Part shown: piece after piece, positions 49,997-60,865 of the stretch
Numbering within the stretch: position 1 is the first letter of the stretch
Layout of the letters: each line of letters begins with the position of its first letter
Origin: Chiloscyllium plagiosum
Taxonomy: Eukaryota
Assembly: GCF_004010195.1 (NCBI RefSeq)
Contig: NC_057716.1
Span: 52,689,713 to 52,753,712, forward strand
DNA length: 64,000 bases
Direction of reading: 5' to 3'
Notes under the pieces: generated by a model
Told to the model about the DNA's origin: nothing
What the model saw: only the letters and a program-made list of their open reading frames with translations
The model's database searches: none
Made by a program: the position numbers and the translations under genes

Positions 49997-52821
49997 ATAC
50001 TCCAACTTCAGCCTCACCAAGAACTTATACAATTGTAACAATGTCCCAACTCCTGTACTCAATGCCTCAACCGATGAAGGTCAGCATGCTAAATACCTTC
50101 TTCACCACCCTATCTACCTGAGACGTTGCTTTCTACAACATCCTCAGGACCGTACTGTCATACCTTGGTTTGACTTTCCAAAGTGCAACACCTCACACTT
50201 ATTTGTATTGAATTGCATTTGCCAATCATCAGCCCACTCCCCCATCTGATCAAGATCCCGCTTTAATTTTTGATAAACTTCCTCACTATAAACAATACCT
50301 CCTAATTTTGTATCATCCGCAAACTTACTGAACAGGTCTTATACATTTACATCCAGATCATTTATGTAAATAACAAATAACAGACGTCCCAGCACCAAAC
50401 TCTGTCGTATATGAGTAGTCACAGGCCTCCACTGCGAGAAACAACTTTCAATCATCACCCTCCAGGCTTCTTACCATCGAGCCAGTTTTGAATCCAATTA
50501 GCTGGCTTTCCTTGAATACCATGCAACCTAACCGTCATGACTAGCCTGCTGTCCGGGACCTTGTCAAAGGCCTTACTAAACTCCATATAGACAACATCCA
50601 CTGCCCTACCCTCATCTATCCTCTTCGTTACCTCTTCGAAAAATTGTAAAAGATTTGTCAGACATGACGGCCCGCGCACAAATCTACGCTGACTATCCGT
50701 ATTCAAACCTTGACTATCCAAACGTTGATTGATCCTATCCCACAGTAGCCTCTCCAACAACTTGCCTACCACTGGTGTCAGGCTCACTGGCCTGTAGTTC
50801 CCTGGTTTGTCTTTGCTACCTCTCTAAAACAATGGGAACCACATTACCACTCTCTAGTCTTCCACAACTTCACCAGTGGCTAAAGTTGAGGCAGAAATCT
50901 CTGCAAGGGCCTCTGCAATTTCTTCGTTAGCCTCCCACATCATCTGAGGTTGAACTTTATCAGGCCCAGGGTATTTATCCACCTCAATGCACTTTAAGGC
51001 TGCAAACAGCTCCTCTCTGGTAAAATGCATGCAGTCCAAAACATCAACACTTGTTTCCCTTATTTATGCAGCATGCAGCATTCGTGATTCTCTCCTCAGT
51101 AAACTGAGGAGAAATATTCTTTAAAGATCACCCCCAGCTTTTGTAGCTCTATACCTAAATGGACATGCTGATCTTTAATGGGGCCTATTCTTGCCCTAGC
51201 CACCCTTTTACTCTTATTATAGTTATCAAACCTCTTAGGGTTATCTTTAACCTTATCTGCCAGATCCATCTCATACCCTCTTTTTGCTCTTTTGTTTTTC
51301 ATCTTAAGTGTGCTCCTACATTTTTTACAGTCATCAAGGAATTCACTTGAGCCCGATAGCTTAAACCTAATTAATGCCTGCTTCTTTTTCCTGACCAGAG
51401 CCTCAATATCCCTCATCAGCCAGGGATCCCTAAATCTGCCTGCTTTTCCCTTCACCCTAACAGGGACATACTGTCCCTGGACTGTTGACATCACACTTTT
51501 AAAAGTCTGTACTCTTATTTTCCTCTAAAAATAACAATATATCTTTCAGATAACACGAATAATATTTGTGAAACACTTCCATAGCTTTTATCATCAGTCA
51601 TGACAACTTCCTTGAATATAACTAATTAGGTAGCACAAATCCTGAAAATCATCGTTTTGACAGCACCATTTCACCTTGTAAAATGTAATTTGTCTCATTA
51701 ATTTCAAATGCAGACTCATGTTGGGCAAAAAGTAAAAAGAAAATATCTTTGCAGGCATATATTCACAGGCTGAACTTACATTCCCAACCTTAATGCTAAC
51801 CTGGTTAAATTATTAATATGATTGATTGTGGAAGTTCCATACTATCTCGTCCTGAATAGACAGAAGGGCTGAAAATGTAGCAGCACATTTTTCCAAGCTG
51901 TATGTCAGATTATTTTGTAATCTGCAATCTGTTTGTACATAATAAACTTATATGAATTTTAATACATTTAAAAATATTGAAATCACTGTAGTAGCATGAA
52001 ATCAGACACGCTCTATGAAAATTTACAATCAGCAACATTGTCAAAAATGGGCAGGACCTTCTTTACCAATATTAAAATATGTAGATATTTACAGATTTTT
52101 ATTTTTTATTAGAGTTGCATTAATCATTTGTAATTAAATCCCAGGAAAATAAATGAAGTCAATTTTACATCAAATAGAAGTTTTATTTATACAATGCCTT
52201 ATCACAGATGTCCTGAATGCATCATGTACAATGATTTGCTTTGAAGTACAGTCAGTTGCTAGTCAAGCAAAACAAAACAAAATAAAAATATTAATTGATG
52301 TTGGAACATGCTTTCATTCTTCCACTGATTGCAGTCCAATGTCTATCCTATTAGACACATCTTCTTAACTAATGGCTCAAGTCTATGTCATGATGCATTT
52401 TTTTCCAACATGCTGATTGAAGTTAACAGAAACATGTCAAATTTATGAAATGGAAACAGAAACAAATGAACTATGAACCTATTATTAAGCACTGGCATAT
52501 GAATCTAATTACAATGGTGAAGGAGTGGGGGGAAAACAATGCAAGTTTAATATACATTTTCCCAGTTTACAGTTGCACTAATATTTTTAGGAAAATTAAT
52601 AGTTTTTTGTAAAGGGCACAAAATCACTACAATGTTTCAGATAACATTTCAAAATGAAATAATTATGACATTTCAGTTTCTGATTTACAGATTCTGATCA
52701 TTCTAGCTACAAAGATCAGAAGATAACCAAAAAAGGAACTGAAATACTGTGTTAAAATGGCACAGAGTGAGCTGGTCAATAGTTTGAACTACCAGTGTGA
52801 CTTATATTCTACAGTTCTCCA

Positions 52822-54008
52822 CTGGGGAAAAGTTGATGTTTCTTACATGGACTTCAGTCAGGTCTTTGACGAAGTCCCATACAGAAAGCTGATCCAAAAG
52901 GTATCAGCTCATGGGATCCAACACAAGTGGCAAATTGTATCCAAAATGGTCTTCCAAATAAGAGGTAAAGGATGAAGGTGGAGGGTTGTTTTGTAATTGG
53001 AAGCCTGTGACCAGCGGTCTACTACCGGGTTCAATATTGGGACCCTTGCTGTTAATTATGTATTTTAATGACTTGGATGTTAATGTAGAATATATAATTT
53101 GTAAGTTTGCAAAGGACAAGAAAATTGGTGGTGTTGTTGATAGTGAGGAAGATGGTCTCAGGCTACAGTCTGGTATTGATCAGCTGGTAAATTGGGCAGA
53201 TGGAATTTAATTCTGATAAGTGTGAGGTGATGCATTTTGGAAGCTCTAATAAGGAATGCATAATGAATGGTAGGTCCTTGCTATTGAGGAACAAAGAGAT
53301 CTTGGTGTATACGTCCATAGATTCCTGAAGATGTCGACATAATTACAAAAGGTAGTGAAGTTAGCATAGGGGATACTTGCCTTCATTAACTGAGATGTAG
53401 AATATAGGAGCAAAGAGATCTTATTACACCTTTATGAAACACTGGTCGGGTCACAAGTGAAATATAGATGGAAACCAATAATTCTACCATACTATTGAAA
53501 ATATGTGATTGCACTGGAGAGGGTGCAGAGGGGATTCACTAAGATGTTTTCTGGGATGAAAAGACTCAGTTATGAGGCGACACAAGAGTGGTTTGGTTTG
53601 TTTTCCCTGGAGCAGAGGAAGCTGAGGGGTGATCTGATTGAGGTGTACAAAATTATGAGAGGCACAGACAGAGTAAATCATAAGAATCTCTTCCCCATGG
53701 CAGATGTATCTAAGATCAGAACGCATAGATTAAGGCAAAGAGCAAGTGGCTTGGACGAGATCTGATAAAAAATGTTTTTACTTAGAGGATGGTAGAAATA
53801 CAAAATGTACTGCCTGAGATAGTGGTTGAGGCAGATACTCTCACCAACATTTTGAAGCAACTGGATGAGCACTTAAAATGGTGGGTTATGGTAGACTATG
53901 AACCAAATGCCTGTTAATAGTATTAGTGAAGTTTGGTGTTTGCTGGTTGGTGTAGACATGGTGGGCCCAAAAAGCCCTTTTTCTATGCTATATGACACTA
54001 TGACACTA
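52822..54008 (+). mobile_element. CR1 (RT to 3' end), decayed
   Basis: ORFs 52986-53210 (PGSILGPLL...FAKDKKIGG) and 53505-53765; tatgacactatgacact tail. Confidence 0.9.
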
Positions 54009-54624
54009 AAACTAAATCAACTAAGTTAAGATGTCATTCAGCAGACATGGACTGGAAACAACAACTTAGATGTAAATCTGTGCCAGATCAGTGGGTGGAA
54101 TTTTAAAAAGAGGCAGAACTTGATCAGGCCAGCACCAGAGATCTTCAAAATTAATGGGCAGGGCATGATTCTGGATCCTTGCTGACATTCCTGTTTCCAG
54201 AAATCAATTCAAGCACAGGATAAAGATAGAATAGATAGAAGTTAGAAAGCCTATGTGCAGCACTCCTACTACTGCCATCTCCCCTGACTATCTTATCTTC
54301 TCATAAAGTTCTCAACATGAGCAGTCAACGTCCCTTTGTGAAAGTCCTTAATCAATTTCACATCTTTTAGTCATGTTCAAATAAACACACAGACATTGAA
54401 AAAATAACTTCAATGAAAGATTATGTCATTACAAGGTAATAAAATTTACATTCAAGCAAAACTTTTTGAAGAAACCCTTACTGACCTAGTCCAGGAGTCA
54501 TTCTTGAATTTTAGTCAAAGCATTCATCATGCGTTAATCTGGAAAATAAACTGATATCTGACCACAGCTTGGACATTCTTTTGTTGATACAGTTGCCATT
54601 TGGGATTTTCAATACTTCTTATTG

Positions 54625-55200
54625 ACTAGTTAGTTGGGCTCAACTGTGGGAAATTGAGTTCAATCCAGAGAAGAGTGAGGAAATGCATTTGAGAAAGGCT
54701 AACAAGATAAGGGAACACAATAAATGGTAAAAACATTGAGAACTGTTGAGGATAGAATGGAGGGAATGGAGGGAATGTCCACAGATCACAAAAGATGGCT
54801 GGAACAGGCAACTGGACATGTCAAGAAGTTGCAATAGTTCTTGCCATTATTAGACGATGCATGCAACATAGCAACAGAAAGTTTACTCTGCAAAAGTATA
54901 AAAGCTGGAGTGTTGCATGTAGTTCTGATCATTGCATTATAGGAAATATTTGACAGCCCTTGAGAAAGTGTACAGGAGGTTTCAAAGGACTTTTACAATT
55001 TTAGTTTTAAGGAAATATTGGGCAGCTAGGATTGGTGTTTTGGAGCACAGAAAGCTGACGGAGGAATCTAAATGAAGTGTATTAGGTTCTTTGGGGCCAA
55101 GGTAGAGAGAATAGAAAGGTTGGTTAATAAGGTACAAAGTTACTTACTCTGTTCACAAAGGCCTCAAACTGGCGAAGAAAGTTTTTTTTCTGCAGAAACT
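54625..55200 (+). mobile_element. Old CR1 fragment
   Basis: gagttcaatccagagaagagtgaggaaatgcattt (FNPEKSEEMH) and downstream C-terminal remnants. Confidence 0.7.
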
Positions 55201-55349
55201 GAAGGGAGTAGAAAAGTCCTAAAGTTACAAGTTTACAGATTTAATTGAATCAAATAAATTAAACCATAAAGAAGATATTTATCTCCAGTGAAAGATGCCA
55301 ACTAATTAAATAACCCAGATTTAATGGAAACAGAATGCCTTTGCAGTTA

Positions 55350-55491
55350 AATTTTTAGTTTTTAAAACTTAACTTGCTTTTCTAGTCAAACTGTTCAGAG
55401 ATGTTATTACACATTTCTGGAGCAGGTGGGATTTGAACCTGGTGTTCCCAGTCCAGAGGGACGTTACCACTGCATGACAAGAGGGCCCCAT
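55350..55491 (-). mobile_element. Short tRNA-derived SINE with 16-bp TSD
   Basis: A-box-like tgcagtggtaa, B-box ggttcaaatccc, A-rich tail; AATGCCTTT(G/A)CAGTTA at 55334-55349 and 55492-55507. Confidence 0.8.
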
Positions 55492-56811
55492 AATGCCTTT
55501 ACAGTTAGTTTAATCCTCCAATAACCTTCACCTTGCAACTCAATGCCAGGGTCATTGACTCAACTAGTCAAGGTAGGAGGTAGTGATATCTTATGACAAT
55601 AAATGTTTACAGCCATCTTGTGCGACTGTGATGAATACTGTCTAAGGATCAGCAGAAGTGTGTACCATGTATATTATTCTTGCCTCCTTCCTTCTCTTGA
55701 AAGTCGACTCCACATGAAAGGAAGCAATAATAGCCTGAAAATGATCTACTGTTGCTCCTTTATTGGACTTATTATCTGGAATGATTCTTGACACCTGGTT
55801 GCACATCATATGGAGTCAAGCAGAGAGTCTTCATCCTACGTATCTGTCTCTTAAAAGGAGAAAATAATCCAAAATCAACACTAGACATAAAGGGCCCTGC
55901 AACATTTTTCCCTAATGATACAACAATTTACTTGCATATTCTCTATCTTCGATATTGCATCCACTGTCTATGGTGAGGTTTGCGAAATGAAATGTAAATG
56001 AAGAGACCACTTTACTGAATACCTTTGTTTCTTCACAAATGCAACTTCAGTTCCTTATCACTTGCTATATCAAATTCCCTTTCCACTTGCACTCCAGCCT
56101 CTTTATCCTTTCCTTCTACACTATTACAATAAAGCTCAAAAAAACCTCAGGAAACAATGCCCTGGAGGAAAGTTAGTCCATGCCAGAAAATTAAACAAGC
56201 TCATAATTAATTGGCAGTCTATGTTTAATAGTGCTTGGTCTTTCTACACTGAAGTTTACAGAACAGTCTAAACTCTTTATTGTTTTTTATGACTCTTTTT
56301 GATCTTACTGTCACTTTTACTTTTGTAACCCCTAGCCACTGATTTGGTCAATTCCATCCTCACCTCCATCTTTTATGTCTTTCTCTCCAATTAAACCAAT
56401 ACTTTCTTTCATTCTTGCCATTGCCCTATCGGCACTTATCTTTACTTCTTTATATCCACAGAGCACAGATTTGAAAGGACAGACGTATGGTTTAGCAATA
56501 CAACACCACAGCTGGCTTGAGCAGATAAAACACTATTAGGACGTCCTTTCATCTGCAAGAATTGCTCACTATTCCAGAATCATTCACAATTAATGCAAAA
56601 TTAATCTGTGAATTAATTTCTCTAATGCAGACATTGTTTTTTTAAGCCCTTCTCCCTGTTTCCACAACATTCACTTCCAACATGTGCACGGATTGGTCTG
56701 TCACAAAATTCCCACCATTCAATCTGCTGCCTCTGCTGTGTCCTGCCCTTCTACTATCTTACCAAGCCAGACCTCCACATAAAGCATCCTAAAGCCCATT
56801 ATCCCATTCAT

Positions 56812-57355
56812 GACAATGGTCCCAGGAATAAAACGCTTAACATATGAGGAACATTTGCTGACAATGGAGTTTGAAAGGATGACGGGGGATCTAATTGAAA
56901 CTTACAAAATACTGAATGACCTGGACAGAGTGGATGTTGGGAAGATGTTTCTATTGGTAAGAGAGACTAGGACCTGAGGACACAGCCTTAGAGTAAAGAG
57001 AAGCCTTTTAAAACAGAGATAAGAAGAAACTTCTTCAGCCAGAGAGTGATGAATCTATGGAATTCACTACCACAGAAGGCTGTGGAGGTCAGATCATTGA
57101 GTATATTTAAGACTGAGAGAGATAGGCTCTTGAGTGTCAAGGGGATCAAGGGTTACAGCGAGAAAGCAGGAGAATGGGGTTGAGAAACTTAGTTGGATTG
57201 CTGATGAAGGGCTTATGCCAGAAACATCGATTCTCCTGCTCCACGGATGCTGCCTGACCTGCTGCACTTTTCCAGCAACACATTTTCAGCTGAGAAACTT
57301 ATCAGACATGATTGAATGGGCTGAATGGCCTAACTTCTGCTCCTATGTCTTATAG
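56812..57355 (+). mobile_element. CR1 3' portion (same subfamily as 4876-5649)
   Basis: High similarity to 5180-5650; ctcctatgtcttat tail. Confidence 0.9.
57192..57290 (+). mobile_element. 99-bp solo PLE/hammerhead unit with 11-bp TSD
   Basis: TGAGAAACTTA at 57181-57191 and 57291-57301; 5-nt filler gttgg, then att-g-CTGATGA-a-gggc-ttat-gcca-GAAAC-ATC. Confidence 0.9.
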
Positions 57356-57379
57356 TGCCTTAGCCCTGAACTTGCACCT

Positions 57380-58112
57380 TTTTATTTGCTCATTGGATGG
57401 GCATGTTGCTGGCTAGGTCAGCATTTATTGCTCTTCCCTTCTTGCCATTGAAATAGAGTCATAGAGATGTATAGCATAGAAACAGACCCTCCGGTCCAAC
57501 TCTTCCATCCCGACCAGATATCCTAACCTAATCTAGTCCCATTTGTCAGCACTTGGCCCATATCTCTCTAAATCCTTCCTATTCATGTACCCATCCAGTT
57601 GCCTTTTAAATGTTGTAATTGTCCCAGCTTCTGCCACTTCCTCTGGTGAACCACCCTCTGCGAGAAAAAGTTGCCCCTTCGGTCCTTTTTAAATCTTTCC
57701 CCTCTCACCCTAAACCTCTGCTCTCTCATTCTGGACTCCCCCACTCCAGAGAAAAGACCTTGTCTATTTAACCTATCCATGTCCCTTATGATTTTACAAA
57801 CCTTTATAAGGTCACCCCTCAGCCTCCGACGCTCCAGGGAAAACAGCCCCAGCCTACTCAGCCTCTCCCTAGAGCTCAACCCTAGTCTTGAGGAAGTGTC
57901 TTTTTGAACTGCTGTGGCCCATTGTAAAGGTATAAACAGACTGCTGTTAAGAAGACAGTTTCAGGATCTTGAACCAAAGACAGTGACAGAACTACGATAT
58001 TGTTCCATGTCTGGATGGTGACTGATTTGGAGGGGACCTCGCAGATTTTGTGTTCCTAAGCATCCACTGAGCATGTCCTTATAGCTGGTTGAGTTCATGG
58101 ATTTAGAAAGTG
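57380..58112 (-). mobile_element. LINE-B 3' end with nested CR1 (57453-57884, minus)
   Basis: LINE-B tail at 57380-57452 resumes at 57885; nested ORF 57583-57879 (LGLFSLERRRLRGDLI). Confidence 0.85.
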
Positions 58113-58314
58113 AGGGAAAACCTATACATGCTACCACACTCCCCTCCCACCCTGTCCTTGTAAACAACCATCCCATCACAAAATTCCCTTTCCCTGCTAA
58201 AGTCCTTGAATGCTTTGTTACCTCCCAAATCAATTCCCATCTTTCCTGGAAATCTAAGTTTGATTTTTTTGGAGGGCACAAAAGATATCCAACATGACCA
58301 TAATGTCCAGATGG

Positions 58315-59375
58315 TGTGTAGAAAGAATTTAAAAAAAATATGATATTCTCTTGTTTTTTTTTTTAAATGGGCACTTTGTTGGACTAACAATGTGAATACC
58401 ATTGATCACATGATGCCAGTTGACCAGAACTTCTGCTAAGTTCCAATCAGCAGTGACTAGAGCACAAAAGCTTATCCTATCCTGCTTGAATGTTGCACAT
58501 TACACTGTACAGACAATCCAGACAAACCTACACAAAATATCAGTCTGCAAAATGTCTCCCTCAGACAGACTGAAACAAAGGAAACCATTGAAGCTTACAA
58601 TGAATGAGATGACACTCATGGTCACTGCAAGTATCTTCTAAAGAATGCAATGCTTTTTGATGATTCATCAAAACCATCCCATTACCTGAGTGCCTGAACT
58701 AGGAGCCTTACCCAATGACTGAAACTGCTGGTTTGTTTGAAAAGCTTTTAATGACATAGTGCTAACTTTTATTTATAATCTGCTTTTTACATTGTTACAG
58801 TCCACAACAAAGCAGCTCTGGCTTCACTTCAGTCTACTTCGAGTATCGTCCTCTATACAGGAAAATCCAACTTTGGTAGAGAAGCGAACTAATTTCTGAG
58901 TCTACTAGGATTATATTGCTGTGCTTTCAATTACAGTCACCTGCATTCAAGCTCCCATTAGAGGAAATTCTGCCAGACTTGTCAACTGAAAGACTTAATT
59001 GGACTTTGATTTATTGGACTCCTATTCACATGAATTAATGATCATATTTTTGATTTTAAGTAATTCATAATTGCAACTTCTTTTCCTTTTGTGCTTTCTT
59101 TCTTTCTTGAATGCTTGTGAGTATGACTATTTGTTCCAAACTCTTCCCTTGGGTCTTGAATGCATCAATAAATCCTACTTTTTTTTATAACCCAAAATAT
59201 TTTGTTGTGGGTCCATTATAACTTGGATTTCACAAGCAGGGCTTGGGAATTAACAGCATTGCCTACTTTTAAAAAGGAAAAGAATTAAGAACAAATTACA
59301 AACCACCTCTTAGTAGTCAGAAAAAGATTAAAATATTAAAATAACTCAATTTACCTATCCCTCTTGACTGCAACA
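58315..59375. mobile_element. Possible old LTR-like insertion in L2
   Basis: About 1.06 kb of non-L2 sequence interrupting L2, beginning TGT and ending ACA, with AATAAA at 59167; no convincing TSD. Confidence 0.35.
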
Positions 59376-59671
59376 TTGTTTATGGCTCTTCTACACTTGC
59401 CTGTTGACAGAAATGGTCACATCATTGTCTTCTAATGCCTCTTCATCATCATTCACCTGGACGGGATACTCTTCTCGGTTCCGTCCTTAACTATCTAATT
59501 GTATCCAGAATATCACTTGCGATAGTTTCTCTTCCTGCTCATATACAAATATCTCTTGTGTCCCTGTGAATCTATCTTTGCTTCCTTTAATTTATCATCT
59601 AGATGCAATCCCTTGGTAACACCACTGGGAAGCACAGCAGTGGTTTTCAAAGTACACTGACAACACCTTGC

Positions 59672-59796
59672 CTGTTGACACAAAGATCACATCATTGTCA
59701 TTCCTGATGAAGGGCATTTGCCCAAAACAGCGACTCTCCTGCTCCTCAGATACTGCCTGACCTGCTGTGCTTTCCCAGCACCACAATTTTGGCATG
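59672..59796 (+). mobile_element. Solo PLE/hammerhead unit with locally templated 5' filler and 10-bp TSD
   Basis: AACACCTTGC at 59662-59671 and 59797-59806; filler 59672-59699; attc-CTGATGA at 59700-59710. Confidence 0.85.
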
Positions 59797-60194
59797 AACA
59801 CCTTGCTCTACCTCACCACCATCTCTTTCAACTCCTCCAATGCTGGTATATCATCAGACTGCTTATCCAATAACCATCACTAAATGAACATAAATTGGCT
59901 CCAACTAAACACTGGGGAAGCTGAAGATATTGTTTTCAATTCTCACACCAAACCCTATTCCCTAGCTGCAGACTCCATCACTCTGGGAATATTCTTTGAT
60001 CAAACCAGTCTATTCACAAGGCTGGTATCATATTACACCAGATGAGTTTCTAACCTCATATTTGCACCATTATTAACACTGCCTATTTGGACCCCCATAA
60101 CAGCACACAGTTTTGCATATGTTGCATGTTCATCAGCTGTTGAAGTCTTCAGTTATACATTTGTCACCTCTAGAATTAATTATACCAATACCCT

Positions 60195-60410
60195 TCAATA
60201 AAACAAAGAACTGTGAATGCTGGAAATCTGAAACAAAAATAAATATTACTGGAGAAACTCAGCAGGTCTGGCAACATATGCAGAGAGATAGCAGAATTAA
60301 TGTTTTCAGTTTACTCCTCTGAAGAAGGGTCCCAAAAACATTGACTCTGCTTTCTCTCCACAAATGCTGCCAGACTTGCTGAGTTTCTCCAATAATTTCA
60401 GGTTTTATGT
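60195..60410. mobile_element. PLE family D hairpin remnant
   Basis: Inverted arms (ggagaaactcagcaggtctggca / tgccagacttgctgagtttctcc); right arm starts at CTGAAGA; CAAT(A/G)CCCT at 60186-60194 and 60411-60419. Confidence 0.8.
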
Positions 60411-60627
60411 CAATGCCCTACTGGCTGATCTTCAACATTTGACAATCTCTAAGTTTAACAACTCTGCCCAGACTATGTAACTTGTACCAATCCCATTCAC
60501 CACTCATCACTGAGCTTGTCTACATTGTATCTCAGCCAAGCAGTTTAAAAAATGTTTATTTTTTAATTTAAAAAAAAGTCAATGCTTTAAAACTTCTAAT
60601 CCTGGTTTTTCAAAGCCATTCTCCTTC

Positions 60628-60766
60628 AGTGTTCCTGATTCCTGAAGAAGGGCTTAAGCCCGAAACGTCGATTCTCCTGTTCCTTGGATGCTGCCTGACC
60701 TGCTGCGCTTTTCCAGCAACACATTTTCAGCTCTGATCTCCAGCATCTGCAGTCCTCACTTTCTCC
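60628..60766 (+). mobile_element. Young solo PLE terminal-repeat unit (family A)
   Basis: CpGs intact; CTCCTTC on both flanks; 10-nt filler agtgttcctg before attcctgaaga. Confidence 0.9.
60637..60674 (+). ncRNA. Minimal hammerhead ribozyme motif, core intact
   Basis: gattc-CTGAAGA (60642-60648)-a-gggc-ttaa-gccc-GAAAC-GTC-gattc; canonical GUC cleavage triplet. Confidence 0.75.
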
Positions 60767-60865
60767 TCCTTCTCTGCTATATCCCAAACTTTTGCAATTC
60801 AAATGTAGAAGTCAACTTTTTGTCTGAACCACAAGGAAATAATTGTCTCAGTTGCTGAATTAGTT

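Larger units (their letters stand above)
47218..51510 (-). mobile_element. CR1 ORF2 (47218-47855 and 49997-51510) interrupted by two PLE insertions
   Basis: ORFs 47443-47766, 50455-50787 (SCLTNLLQFFEEVT...FSKAFDKVP), 50854-51039 and 51096-51494. Confidence 0.92.
56300..60620 (+). mobile_element. Old L2-clade LINE broken by at least six later insertions
   Basis: Pyrimidine-rich ORF2 remnants at 56300-56810, 58120-58310 and 59385-60620, including a YADD-like 'tacactgacaacacc' at 59653 and LQLNTGEAE at about 59900. Confidence 0.7.
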
